This document shows positions 1 to 8,731 of a stretch of 37,143 nt of DNA, in pieces. The position numbers and the translations under genes were made by a program. Numbering within the stretch: the first letter of the stretch is position 1; the number at the start of each line of letters is the position of its first letter. The DNA comes from Spirochaetales bacterium. Its GTDB lineage: Bacteria; Spirochaetota; Spirochaetia; DSM-27196; PWMO01. The notes below the pieces were generated by a model. That model searched no databases. It saw only the letters and a program-made list of their open reading frames with translations, and was not told the DNA's origin. Location: the NCBI GenBank assembly GCA_007123465.1, contig SKLB01000094.1:1-37143 (forward strand). The letters run 5' to 3'.

Positions 1-323
1 ACGCGCCATTAGGTGGAGAGCGCGGTTGGACGCGCATCGACGTGGGACAACGTTACCCCGAGCCTGCAGCAGCGTTCCCCGGGCCCAAGTTTGCCATGGG
101 CTGGGTGCGCTGCCACCTGGCTTCAATAGCCGAGTTCCTCTTCGCACTGCACCACAATCGCAGCCACCGGCCGGGAATCATTGAAGCTCTGTGGGTGCAG
201 CAGCTGATAGAGACGCTGCAGCGTTCTGCCCGCCTCAAGCAGAGCCGGGTCCCGTTGACACCGTCAGCTATCCGCGATTTGCTGCAAGACGCGGTCAGCG
301 CAGACGCAACGGAGCGCGCGTGA
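1..323 (+). CDS. 3' end of an unidentified ORF entering from the left edge (partial)
   Basis: This reading frame is open from the window edge to TGA at 321-323. The stop overlaps the photolyase ATG (TGATG, 321-325), a typical operon-coupling junction. I recognise no motif in the ~106 visible residues. Confidence 0.3.
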   Translation, partial: APLGGERGWTRIDVGQRYPEPAAAFPGPKFAMGWVRCHLASIAEFLFALHHNRSHRPGIIEALWVQQLIETLQRSARLKQSRVPLTPSAIRDLLQDAVSADATERA

Positions 324-1777
324 TGGACTTGAACCCCGAGATACACCCCGATCGCGTCGAGGTTCTCAAACAGACGCAACGCCGTTCGGGGCGCTATGTT
401 CTCTACTGGATGCAGGGCGCGCAACGCGTGGATGACAACCATGCGCTGGAATACGCCATCGAGCGCGCCAACGAGCTCGATCTGCCTCCGCTGGTACTCT
501 TCTGCCTGACCGACAGCTATCCCGAGGCAAACCTGCGCCATTACCGCTTCATGATTGAAGGCCTGCAGGACGTTGCGGCGGGGCTCAAACAGCGTTCGAT
601 CACCTTTCTCTGTTTGCACGGTGACCCGGTTGAACTTGTGTCACAGCTGGCAATCGACGCTGCAGTGGTGGTAACCGAACGAGCCTACCTGCGCACACCG
701 CGCACGTGGCGCAAGGAGTTGGCTGATTCGATCGCATGTTCGCTGATAAGCGTCGATACCAACTTGATTGTACCGCTACACGTTGCGTCGCAGAAGCGCG
801 AATATGCTGCGCGTACCATCCGCCCCAAGCTGCGCCGGCTTTTTTCCACCTACTGCCGGCCGGTACCCGGACTGCAAGCCCGGCGTTCGGAGCCCAGATT
901 CAAACTGCCGCGCTCTCTGGAACCGATTGAACTCAGTGATATAGACCGTCTTCTGGAACAGCTGAAGCTGGATCGGTCGCTGCAAGCGGTTTCACACCAT
1001 TTCCACGGCGGACAACAGGAAGCACTGCGCCGTATGCGCAGTTTTCTCTCAGACGCTTTTTTCAGCTACGCAAATTTCCGTAACGAGCCCAAGCAGCAGG
1101 CGGTCTCGACAATGAGCCCGTACCTGCATTTCGGTCACATCTCTCCGGTCAGGTTGGCGCTGGAGGTGTTGCAGGTTCAGCACAGCGACCGGCCCTCCGA
1201 CGAGCAGCTCTCTTTTGACAACCTTATTGGCGCGGATCATCCGCAGGACAACGGATTGATCGAAAACCAGCGCGCCTATCTAGAAGAGCTCTGTGTACGG
1301 CGCGAGTTGGCGCACAACTACGTTGAGTGGGAACCATCCTACGATCGCTACACCACGCTGCCCGAGTGGGCGCGCCAGACGTTGACCTCGCACGCCGGGG
1401 ACCGCCGTCCGGCAATCTACGACCAGCAAACCCTCGAGGCTGCCGCTACCGAGGATCGGTACTGGAACGCGGCTATGAACGAGATGCGCAAGACCGGCTT
1501 CATGCACAACTATATGCGCATGTATTGGGGCAAGCAGATTATTGGCTGGACATCCGAGCCCGAACAGGCGTTTGACATTGCGCTGCGCCTCAACAACAAG
1601 TACTTTCTCGATGGACGCGATCCCAATTCATGGGCCAACGTGGGGTGGCTCTTCGGACTGCACGACCGGCCGTGGCCCGAGCGCGAGATATTTGGTACGG
1701 TGCGCAGCATGAACGCCAACGGGCTCAGACGAAAATGCGACATTGAAGGCTATATCGAGTGGGTTGACCGGCTCTAG
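323..1777 (+). CDS. phr: Deoxyribodipyrimidine (CPD) photolyase, class II type
   Basis: 484 aa from ATG 323. The ORF-track start at 191 only adds an Arg/Ala-rich extension. N-terminal block RYVLYWMQGAQRVDDNHALEYA. C-terminal FAD-binding block RYWNAAMNEMRKTGFMHNYMRMYWGKQII...GWLFGLHDRPW, which is characteristic of class II photolyases. Confidence 0.9.
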   Translation: MDLNPEIHPDRVEVLKQTQRRSGRYVLYWMQGAQRVDDNHALEYAIERANELDLPPLVLFCLTDSYPEANLRHYRFMIEGLQDVAAGLKQRSITFLCLHGDPVELVSQLAIDAAVVVTERAYLRTPRTWRKELADSIACSLISVDTNLIVPLHVASQKREYAARTIRPKLRRLFSTYCRPVPGLQARRSEPRFKLPRSLEPIELSDIDRLLEQLKLDRSLQAVSHHFHGGQQEALRRMRSFLSDAFFSYANFRNEPKQQAVSTMSPYLHFGHISPVRLALEVLQVQHSDRPSDEQLSFDNLIGADHPQDNGLIENQRAYLEELCVRRELAHNYVEWEPSYDRYTTLPEWARQTLTSHAGDRRPAIYDQQTLEAAATEDRYWNAAMNEMRKTGFMHNYMRMYWGKQIIGWTSEPEQAFDIALRLNNKYFLDGRDPNSWANVGWLFGLHDRPWPEREIFGTVRSMNANGLRRKCDIEGYIEWVDRL

Positions 1778-1874
1778 ACGGCTTGATTCCAGCTATCGCT
1801 CAGCCGCTTCAGCCGGCCGAGCGGGTCGCCGATACTGTAGCTGCAGGACCAAATATCCATCAGGAGTACGTATC

Positions 1875-2342
1875 GTGAAAAAGCACGCAGTCATAGTTCT
1901 GGTATTGCTGATACTGCTGACAACCGCTCACAGCGCGCTCTACGCCCGTGAGACCCGGGTTGGTCTCGGCTTCGGGCTGCCCAACGCAGTGCTGGTCTTC
2001 CGCCCCGTACCGTGGGAGGTGAAAGCCGGCTACGATTTCACCGAAGGCAAAGAGTACGTATTCGGCAGCCTCGACTACCGCTTTGTAAACTCGCGCCCGA
2101 TTGTCGAAGACATTCACATTTCACTGGGGATCGGCGCCTACACCAAGCTTCTGCTGCCCGAGGATGACAGCGCCAGCGTCGAAGGCGGCATCCGCCTGCC
2201 TCTCGCCGTGCAGTACCTGCTGCTGGACGATTTCATCGAGCTATTCCTGCAGATCTCTCCAGGACTCGATTTCTATCCCAGGCTGACGTTCTCCGATCAG
2301 CCGGTCCAGGTCTGGCTCGGCTTTACGCTGCAGGTGGACTGA
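1875..2342 (+). CDS. Small secreted or outer-membrane beta-barrel-like protein (hypothetical)
   Basis: GTG at 1875 lies 8 nt after AGGAG (1862-1866). The N-terminus VKKHAVIVLVLLILLTTAHSALYA looks like a signal peptide. The rest alternates hydrophobic and polar residues in short strand-like runs (GLGFGL, AGYDF, GSLDYRF, WLGFTLQV). The ORF-track start at 1743 overlaps the photolyase end and is unlikely. Confidence 0.55.
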   Translation: MKKHAVIVLVLLILLTTAHSALYARETRVGLGFGLPNAVLVFRPVPWEVKAGYDFTEGKEYVFGSLDYRFVNSRPIVEDIHISLGIGAYTKLLLPEDDSASVEGGIRLPLAVQYLLLDDFIELFLQISPGLDFYPRLTFSDQPVQVWLGFTLQVD

Positions 2343-2389
2343 AACGATAGCCAGACTACACTGCGGCAGATGCAGCCTCCGGGATACGG

Positions 2390-5300
2390 TCACGCAACCG
2401 GCCACTCACTCGACCGCGTTACTTGCGGCGCGGCGGCAAGGCCGCTTCTGCCGCGACGCGCAGGCGGGTACGCCAGGTACGGAAGTATCGCATCGTTCTT
2501 GAAGCCACCGGTACCGTCGTAGGTCACCGAGAGCACCGGGACACCGGTCACCGCTTCGATTTTTCCGCTCATTGCCTCGGTGACCAGGCCGGCACAGCAG
2601 AACGCGGGATTGAGCTGCACAAAGAGCGCCAGGTCGGGGTGTTGCTGCGTGATGTACCAGGTCTTGAGCAGGTTGTCCTGCGACTCACCCTCATGGTCGA
2701 GGCGGACACCGAAGTGGTCCAGGATATCGGCGGGATTCTGGCTGAAGCGATTGATAGGCTCGCCGATCACTTTTTCAAAACGCCGGTAGTACCAGCGCTC
2801 CATGGTCGCAAGCGATGCCATCACGGGTTTCAACATCAGAAGCCGACCGAGCCGGCCGTCACGGCCCCATCGGCGAAAATAGACGTCACAGGTCATTCGC
2901 GTGAACTCGTGAAACGGCATGGTGACAACCTCGCCTCCGTTACGCTCGATGTACCCGATAACATCCTGGTTCATTACCTCGTTGTCGCGTACGTAGACAT
3001 CGCCAAACAGCGCAACCTTGGGACGCCGTTCCTCCTGGTCGTAGGGGATCGCATCGAACAGCTCTATGATCTCGCCCACCGCCTGTGTCTTGTTGCTTCT
3101 GTTGTCACTGAACACGTCGTGCAGGATCGACATGGCCTCTGCCAACGCCCGGTCTGTCTGCCCGCGCTGGCGTTCGTACGGTCGGATTCTGCAGGCAATG
3201 CGCCTGAGCAGTCCGGAAAACATATACGCAAGGTAGGCGTTTACCGTAATCAGCGGCGAGAGGTCCATGAACGTCATGTTGCCCAGGTAGACCGCAGCCC
3301 GCTGCAGTCCCGGATAGTCAGCCAGGATCCCTTGAATGTGATGCGGAAAGAGCTTGATATTGCACGAGAACTCGCCGGCAGGAACCCACAATGCGCTATC
3401 TTGCGGCTGAAGCCCGCGGTTGCGGATAGTGCACTCGAAGCCTTCAACCAGGGCGTTCAGCGGAATGCACTGTCCGTTATTCCAGCGCAAACTGCGTCGA
3501 ATGCTCTGTTCGGATTCCTGCATCGCAACCGCAGGGTAACCGTGTGCGCTCATTATTGCGGCAATCAAGGGAATTGCGAGATTATCCCAGTTGGGCAGCA
3601 CCAGCGTTCTGTCGCGCGGTGGCCGGCGAAGATAGCGTGGGTTGATTGCGCCGTAGCTGCGCACGGCGCTTGTAGAATCGCTGTGGTTTGTCTGTTCGAG
3701 GTGATTACCGAACGCGCGCAACGCTGCCTCTATCCGGGTTTCGTATCCCACGCGTGAATCGTGGTCATCGAGTTCGAGTACCAGATAGGGCTTGTCGTGG
3801 GCGTCCATGATGCGCTTGACGTACTCCGACACAAACGAATCAGGACCACACTTGAACGACGTCAACATCACCGGGTAGAGACCGGGAGTGCGCGCCGCGG
3901 TCCAGGCGGCCTTCAGTATTGTTGCTGCGTAGTTCCAGTTGATCTCCTGCAGCAACGCTGCGATGCTCTCCAGACTCTGTTGGTCGCATTCGAGCATGTC
4001 CTGGTAAAATACCCGCACACCCATCGCTGCCAGGATATCGGGGATGCCCTTGTTCATGCCCGACTGCAGCACCGTGTACGGCCGACCGAGCAACACAACA
4101 TCAAGGCGGTCAGCCGCGCTGCGCTTGTCGCGGTACAATTGCCGCAACGCGTCCTCGCGCCGTTGTCGAAACTCGCCCGCGCGCTGGACAGCCACGGCGA
4201 TCTGATGGTAGCGCGGACGATGATCCGGCAGTACCGACAGCGCCCGGTGCAGCTCGCCGATGAGGTGAAACATCGAGTAGCGTGAGGCAACAAGCGGCGA
4301 CACTATCCGGCTCTGCTGGTAACCGTGGGCAATCAGAGCGGAGACATACTGAGAATAGTAGCAGTACTTGCGCCGTTCGCCGTTAGCACCGGGTTTCTGC
4401 TCGAGGTAGAACGGCACAAAAAGGAAGTCTACTTCATCCAGCAGAGCCGCGGCGTGTCCAAAAAGTGCGCTCATCGGAGCACAGAACTCGGCTCCCGCCA
4501 GCGCCTTGCCGCGCTGAGCGGCATTACCGAGGCCGCTGCTGCTACGTGTTGCTATGCCAAGCTGCTCAAAAAAATAGCGCCAGTACGCCAGGTCATCGCT
4601 CATAAACAGAGCATCGGGTAGTCCGATAACCGCCTGATCGGAACTCCGGCCCTCGCCGGCCGCAGGAGAAGCACTCACGGATTCGCACGTGCTGCGTGCG
4701 CGCCGCTCCGCTCTGCGCCGTCCGCGCAGCAGATCGAAACCGCTGCTATTGCGGTTTACGTACTGGGCGCTGCCGTAGTCGCGTCCGCAGAGAAACCCGA
4801 AGGCAACACTGCGCTGCTCCAGATCGGCAACCGTCAGTTTACAGTGATTGGTGCACAGCGAGCATACTTCGCGACGCAGTGGAATAGACCGCCGGTAGAG
4901 CTCCAGACCAACAAACCGGTCCGAAATCACCTGCGAATCAACCAGCGACAGAGCAGCGCCGAGGGCTCCGGTGAGATGACACCAGCGCGATACCAGAATT
5001 GGCTGCCCCAGGCGCTGCTCAAACGCAGCAACCAGCGCCCGGTTCCTGGCTGTGGCTCCCTGGAAAAAGATCACCTTGCCGATGTTCTTCTCGACCGCAA
5101 CCTTGTGCAGGTAGTTCTCGCGTACCGCGTGGACGGCGGCGGCCAGGACCTCGTCAACAGTGTGGCCGGTTGCCAGCAGGTGGTTGACGTCGCGTTCCAT
5201 GAAGACTGTGCAGCGGCCGCTGACCAGTGGCGCACGCACCGAAACGCTATGAGCCTGGTAATCCTCTATCGATACACCCAGGCGCTTGGCCTGTTCTTCG

Positions 5301-6706
5301 AGAAAGCTGCCGGTTCCCGCTGCGCATACATTGTTCATCACCGAGAAGTTCACCCGCCCATTTCGCAGGGTAGTGAATTTGGCGTCCTGCCCGCCGATCT
5401 CAATAATGGTGTCTACATCCGGGTTCAACTGGCACGCGGCGCGCGCGTGAGCGCTGATCTCATCCATCACCTCGTCGGCGCCTATCAACTGCCCGATAAA
5501 TTTACGGCCCGACCCGGTGGTAGCGCTCCCGTGTATCGATATACGACACTCCTCACGAGAAGCTGCGTCACTGATCGACTCGAACAGCGCCTGCAGCGCG
5601 CGTAACGGCTGCCCGGCGGTACGCGTATAGAACCCGCCCAGCACACTGCCGTCCAGCGTTGTCAGCACGGATTTGGTGCTGGTTGAGCCGATATCTATAC
5701 CCAGGTAGGCGTCCAGCAGCGACGGCCATTCCCGATACAGGTCGACCTCAACTGTCAGAGCGCTTCGGTCACTTTCCGCCTTCGACGTAATGTAGCGGTA
5801 GCTGCGGTAGCTGCAGAAGTCGGGATAGTCCGAGTGCTGCAGCGTCAGCGCAGGATAGAAGGTTGAACGGTCAGGTTCACGCATCCGATGCAACTCGCTG
5901 CTGCAGCTCAGCGTCGAAGGCTGTTGCGGCGGACTATCCATCAGCCATAGCGCCGCACCAATGGCTCCCTGGTAGAGCCCTAAATCGTCAACAACGATAT
6001 CAACCGGGAGCACCTGGCGAATCTCGCGACAGACCGCCTGATTGAACGCTACGCCCCCGGTGAAAAGCACCGGTCCTTCGAGGTCTGTACCTTTGAACAG
6101 GGTGTCCGCGATATTACGCGCCATACCACGACACAATCCCTCACTGATGGCCGACAGCGAGTAACCTTCCTGTTGCGCGTGAATCAGATCGGTCTTGGCG
6201 AATACCGAACAGCGCGTGGCGACAAGCGGCACCGGATCACGATTCTGCAGCGCAATTCCGGCAAGCTGGGCACTGCCTTGCAGCGCAAGCCGTCCCGCCT
6301 GCTGATCCAGAAAGCCGCCGGTACCCGCGGCGCACGACGTGTTGGTGCGCACGCTGTGGTAGTTTCCGTCGGGGTCAAAACAGATCAGACAGAACTGCTC
6401 GCCGCCCACCAGTAAAATGGCGCGTACCTCCGGATAGCGCTGCCGCGCAGATCGAATAGTTGCCAGCCGCGAGTCGACCTGCATGTCGCTGCGCAGTGCC
6501 GCAGAGAGCTTGCCGCTTACCGCGCAGCCTCCGGTCACGGTCACGGCGTTGCGATGCATTTCTCTATCGAGCTGTTCGAGCGCAGCGGGGATATCTCCCC
6601 CGTGTGCGGTGCTGAACTTCAGCACAATCGTGGCGTCTGCATTCAACACCGCCGCAGACAGCGATGTGGAGCCTATGTCGATTCCCAGCGTGAGTGTGTT
6701 GTGCAT
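2390..6706 (-). CDS. Double BcrAD/BadFG-type (HgdC-like) activase ATPase fused to a 2-hydroxyacyl-CoA-dehydratase-like / DUF2229-type C-terminal region
   Basis: Two tandem ATPase modules each start with an (L)GIDIGSTS motif (LGIDIGSTSLSA and LGIDIGSTSTKS). Each carries the cluster-bridging cysteine motifs SCAAGTGGFLD / RCSVFAKTD and VCAAGTGSFLE / RCTVFMERD. A CSLCTNHCKL segment and a ~800-aa dehydratase-like region follow. Start placed at ATG 6706 (MHNTLTLGIDIGST); the upstream GTG at 6796 adds 30 non-conserved-looking residues. Confidence 0.85.
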   Translation of the reverse strand: MHNTLTLGIDIGSTSLSAAVLNADATIVLKFSTAHGGDIPAALEQLDREMHRNAVTVTGGCAVSGKLSAALRSDMQVDSRLATIRSARQRYPEVRAILLVGGEQFCLICFDPDGNYHSVRTNTSCAAGTGGFLDQQAGRLALQGSAQLAGIALQNRDPVPLVATRCSVFAKTDLIHAQQEGYSLSAISEGLCRGMARNIADTLFKGTDLEGPVLFTGGVAFNQAVCREIRQVLPVDIVVDDLGLYQGAIGAALWLMDSPPQQPSTLSCSSELHRMREPDRSTFYPALTLQHSDYPDFCSYRSYRYITSKAESDRSALTVEVDLYREWPSLLDAYLGIDIGSTSTKSVLTTLDGSVLGGFYTRTAGQPLRALQALFESISDAASREECRISIHGSATTGSGRKFIGQLIGADEVMDEISAHARAACQLNPDVDTIIEIGGQDAKFTTLRNGRVNFSVMNNVCAAGTGSFLEEQAKRLGVSIEDYQAHSVSVRAPLVSGRCTVFMERDVNHLLATGHTVDEVLAAAVHAVRENYLHKVAVEKNIGKVIFFQGATARNRALVAAFEQRLGQPILVSRWCHLTGALGAALSLVDSQVISDRFVGLELYRRSIPLRREVCSLCTNHCKLTVADLEQRSVAFGFLCGRDYGSAQYVNRNSSGFDLLRGRRRAERRARSTCESVSASPAAGEGRSSDQAVIGLPDALFMSDDLAYWRYFFEQLGIATRSSSGLGNAAQRGKALAGAEFCAPMSALFGHAAALLDEVDFLFVPFYLEQKPGANGERRKYCYYSQYVSALIAHGYQQSRIVSPLVASRYSMFHLIGELHRALSVLPDHRPRYHQIAVAVQRAGEFRQRREDALRQLYRDKRSAADRLDVVLLGRPYTVLQSGMNKGIPDILAAMGVRVFYQDMLECDQQSLESIAALLQEINWNYAATILKAAWTAARTPGLYPVMLTSFKCGPDSFVSEYVKRIMDAHDKPYLVLELDDHDSRVGYETRIEAALRAFGNHLEQTNHSDSTSAVRSYGAINPRYLRRPPRDRTLVLPNWDNLAIPLIAAIMSAHGYPAVAMQESEQSIRRSLRWNNGQCIPLNALVEGFECTIRNRGLQPQDSALWVPAGEFSCNIKLFPHHIQGILADYPGLQRAAVYLGNMTFMDLSPLITVNAYLAYMFSGLLRRIACRIRPYERQRGQTDRALAEAMSILHDVFSDNRSNKTQAVGEIIELFDAIPYDQEERRPKVALFGDVYVRDNEVMNQDVIGYIERNGGEVVTMPFHEFTRMTCDVYFRRWGRDGRLGRLLMLKPVMASLATMERWYYRRFEKVIGEPINRFSQNPADILDHFGVRLDHEGESQDNLLKTWYITQQHPDLALFVQLNPAFCCAGLVTEAMSGKIEAVTGVPVLSVTYDGTGGFKNDAILPYLAYPPARRGRSGLAAAPQVTRSSEWPVA

Positions 6707-6839
6707 ACTGCCATACCAATGGTTTGCTGCTGCAGTCCGAGGCGCGCGGCTGAGGCCGCCGCATCTACAACCAGTCTTAAGTGTAACAGCAGCCACACCA
6801 TGTTACAAGTTGGTTCTGCGCTGAACGCGGTTCAGGTGC

Positions 6840-6868
6840 TTGACACAAGGCTTCTGTTTGGCTATATT
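6840..6868 (+). promoter_or_regulatory. Sigma70-type promoter candidate for the thioredoxin-like gene
   Basis: TTGACA (6840-6845), exactly 17 nt of spacer, then TATATT (6863-6868). It sits ~37 nt upstream of ATG 6905, with GGAGG at 6894-6898. Confidence 0.45.
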
Positions 6869-6904
6869 GCCAAATATAAGAACATAGCTACACGGAGGAA
6901 GCTC

Positions 6905-7147
6905 ATGACAATTCAGATCCTGGGACCGGGATGCAGCAACTGTCACAACCTGGAGAAGAACGCACGCGAGGCCGTTCAGAGACTCGGTATCGAAGCAGAT
7001 TTCCAGAAGGTAACCGACAGCGATCAGATCGTTGAAATGGGCGTCATGCGCACGCCGGGCCTCGCCATTGACGGAAAGGTGCAGAAGTTCGGCAAAGTGC
7101 TATCAACAGACGAGATCGCCGAGGTGCTGCAGTCTCAACAGGGATAG
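6905..7147 (+). CDS. Small redox-active disulfide (thioredoxin-fold) protein, 80 aa
   Basis: MTIQILGPGCSNCHNLEKNA... has the GPGCxxC motif at the very N-terminus and a MRTPGLAIDGK cis-Pro region. Both are typical of the 'redox-active disulfide protein 2' thioredoxin-like family. Strong SD (GGAGG) 6 nt upstream. Confidence 0.85.
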   Translation: MTIQILGPGCSNCHNLEKNAREAVQRLGIEADFQKVTDSDQIVEMGVMRTPGLAIDGKVQKFGKVLSTDEIAEVLQSQQG

Positions 7148-7197
7148 CGCAGCGGAAACCGGTTGCCAGGCGGCCTGATACCCGCCCATAAACCCGG

Positions 7198-7938
7198 TCA
7201 CGCTTCCAGCGTGCGCTCCAATTCGCGCTGTCGACGGGCGGCGAATAGGCGTGCCAGCACTATGCTCAGTTCGTACAACGCCATCATCGGGCCGATCAGC
7301 AGCAGCTGAGAAACTACATCGGGCGGCGTCAGCAGCGCCGAGGTAACCGCCAGTGCCAGGAATACGTAGGCGCGTGCGCGCCGCAGCGCCGCCGGCGATA
7401 CCAGGCCGATACGCGCCAGCATCACTATTACCACCGGCAGCTCGAAGGCAATACCGAACGCCAGCAAGATCGAATTGACAAAACCGACGTAGCTTCCAAA
7501 AGAAAACAGCGGCTCGATGGACCGGGTGGCGTAGCCGACGAAAAACCGCAGCGTGATCGGCAGTATGACCGTGTAGGCGAAGTACGCGCCGGCGGCAAAG
7601 AAGGCCGTACCTGCAATCAGCACAAACCCGGTGGCCGTCTTTTCCGCACGTGACAGCGCGGGCCTGACAAATAACCAGATCTGCAACAGCGTGAACGGCA
7701 GCGTAATGACCACTCCAAAGGTGATCGACAACCGAAGGTACGCCAGGAAAAGCTCCGGCGGCGCGAGATAAACAAATTCAGCTCCGCTGGCCAGAGCCAG
7801 CAGCCGATCAACGATGTGATCGATGAAAACGTAACAGCCCGCGCTGCCACCGATCAGAACCACAAACACCGCTATGAGTCGCCGGCGAAGCTCACTGAGA
7901 TGCTCGACAAAGCTCAGCTGGACGTCCGAGTCTGACAT
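7198..7938 (-). CDS. tatC: Twin-arginine translocase subunit TatC
   Basis: 246 aa. The N-terminus LSFVEHLSELRRRLI is the TatC hallmark. Six hydrophobic segments. Sits 6 nt downstream of tatA. Confidence 0.9.
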   Translation of the reverse strand: MSDSDVQLSFVEHLSELRRRLIAVFVVLIGGSAGCYVFIDHIVDRLLALASGAEFVYLAPPELFLAYLRLSITFGVVITLPFTLLQIWLFVRPALSRAEKTATGFVLIAGTAFFAAGAYFAYTVILPITLRFFVGYATRSIEPLFSFGSYVGFVNSILLAFGIAFELPVVIVMLARIGLVSPAALRRARAYVFLALAVTSALLTPPDVVSQLLLIGPMMALYELSIVLARLFAARRQRELERTLEA

Positions 7939-7944
7939 GCTGCT

Positions 7945-8187
7945 CTAGTTCTCCGTTGTGCTGTCTGTCTTTTTCAACTCCTCGCTGTTCTTGTCACCTC
8001 GGGTATCACGCTGCACCTGATCATCGCTATTTTCAAACTCGTCGGTAATCTTGTTACTCTGCTGGCGGAAGTTGCGAATCGCGCTTCCAATAGCCTTGCC
8101 GATCTCGGGCAGCTTCTTTGGCCCAAAGATTATCAACGCTATTGCGAAGATCAGAATCAGTTCCATCGGTCCAATACGACCAAACAT
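7945..8187 (-). CDS. tatA: Twin-arginine translocase subunit TatA/E
   Basis: [34 protein letters not shown] is the TM helix, FGP hinge and amphipathic helix of TatA, followed by an acidic tail. ATG 8187 is preceded by GGAGG (reverse complement of 8197-8201). The ORF-track start at 8217 is upstream of that SD. Confidence 0.85.
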   Translation of the reverse strand: MFGRIGPMELILIFAIALIIFGPKKLPEIGKAIGSAIRNFRQQSNKITDEFENSDDQVQRDTRGDKNSEELKKTDSTTEN

Positions 8188-8306
8188 AGCGGTTTTCCTC
8201 CGCTCCAATTGTATCACGCCTGCGCTGTTGCGGGTAGCACCGGTTGCCCATCAAAAGGTGATCCTGTTACAATTACGGCGATGCAACGCACAGACGAGGT
8301 GAACCG

Positions 8307-8699
8307 ATGAGTAACGATTCTGCGATCGCCGATCGCACCCACATAAAGAGCGCCGCGCGTAGCTTCGCCGCCGCAATCGCTGAAACGGCAGCTGTACGCG
8401 AATACAGTGCAGCGGTAGACGCGGTTCGCGCTGACGACAATGCACTGCAGTTGCTGCAGCAGTTGCAGCAACTGCGCCAGACGCTGCAGTTGAATGCCGA
8501 CTGGGACAACCGCGGATCTCCCGAGCGTCACCGCCTCGAGGAACTGGAAACCGAGGTCGCACAGCAGCCCGTGTTACAGCGGTTCTTCGCTTCCCAGAAG
8601 GCGATGATCGACGAGCTGCACTCCATCAATACCCGCCTGCTCGAGCGGTTGGGTTTCGACTTCGCCTCACTGGCGCGCCCGGCGTGCAACTGTGGTTGA
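8307..8699 (+). CDS. YlbF/YmcA-family (Com_YlbF-like) helical protein, paralog 1, ending in CNCG
   Basis: 130 aa. The pattern ARSFAAAIAETAAVREYSAAVDAVRADDNALQLLQQLQQL...VAQQPVLQRFFASQKAMIDELHSINTRLLERLGFDF, followed by a terminal Cys pair (ACNCG), matches the YlbF/YmcA layout. GAGGTG SD 5 nt upstream. Confidence 0.6.
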   Translation: MSNDSAIADRTHIKSAARSFAAAIAETAAVREYSAAVDAVRADDNALQLLQQLQQLRQTLQLNADWDNRGSPERHRLEELETEVAQQPVLQRFFASQKAMIDELHSINTRLLERLGFDFASLARPACNCG

Positions 8700-8731
8700 C
8701 GGCCAAAACTATTGTTATCTGCGGGGGTCAT

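Noticed and set aside
53-619. 188-aa minus-strand ORF overlapping the photolyase 5' region
   Set aside because: It overlaps the conserved photolyase N-terminus on the opposite strand and has no motif.
2423-3757. 444-aa plus-strand ORF, together with neighbours at 3761-4285, 4844-5605 and 6483-6824
   Set aside because: All lie entirely antisense to the 1438-aa activase-fusion gene, which has strong motifs. Their translations are Arg/Ala/His/Val-rich with no motifs. This is the usual long antisense ORF artefact of GC-rich DNA.
8208-8273. AATTGTA ... TACAATT inverted pair in the tatA / YlbF-like divergent region, considered as twin -10 elements or an operator
   Set aside because: The plus-strand TACAAT (8268-8273) has only a poor -35 (TTGCCC, with an 18-nt spacer). 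The minus-strand copy has none and would start transcription inside the tatA SD. This is too weak to report as a feature.
8445-8500. Repetitive CAG/CTG/TTG run that looks like a microsatellite or short repeat array
   Set aside because: It is in frame within the first YlbF-like gene and encodes the helical ALQLLQQLQQLRQTLQL segment. It is not a CRISPR array or a non-coding repeat.
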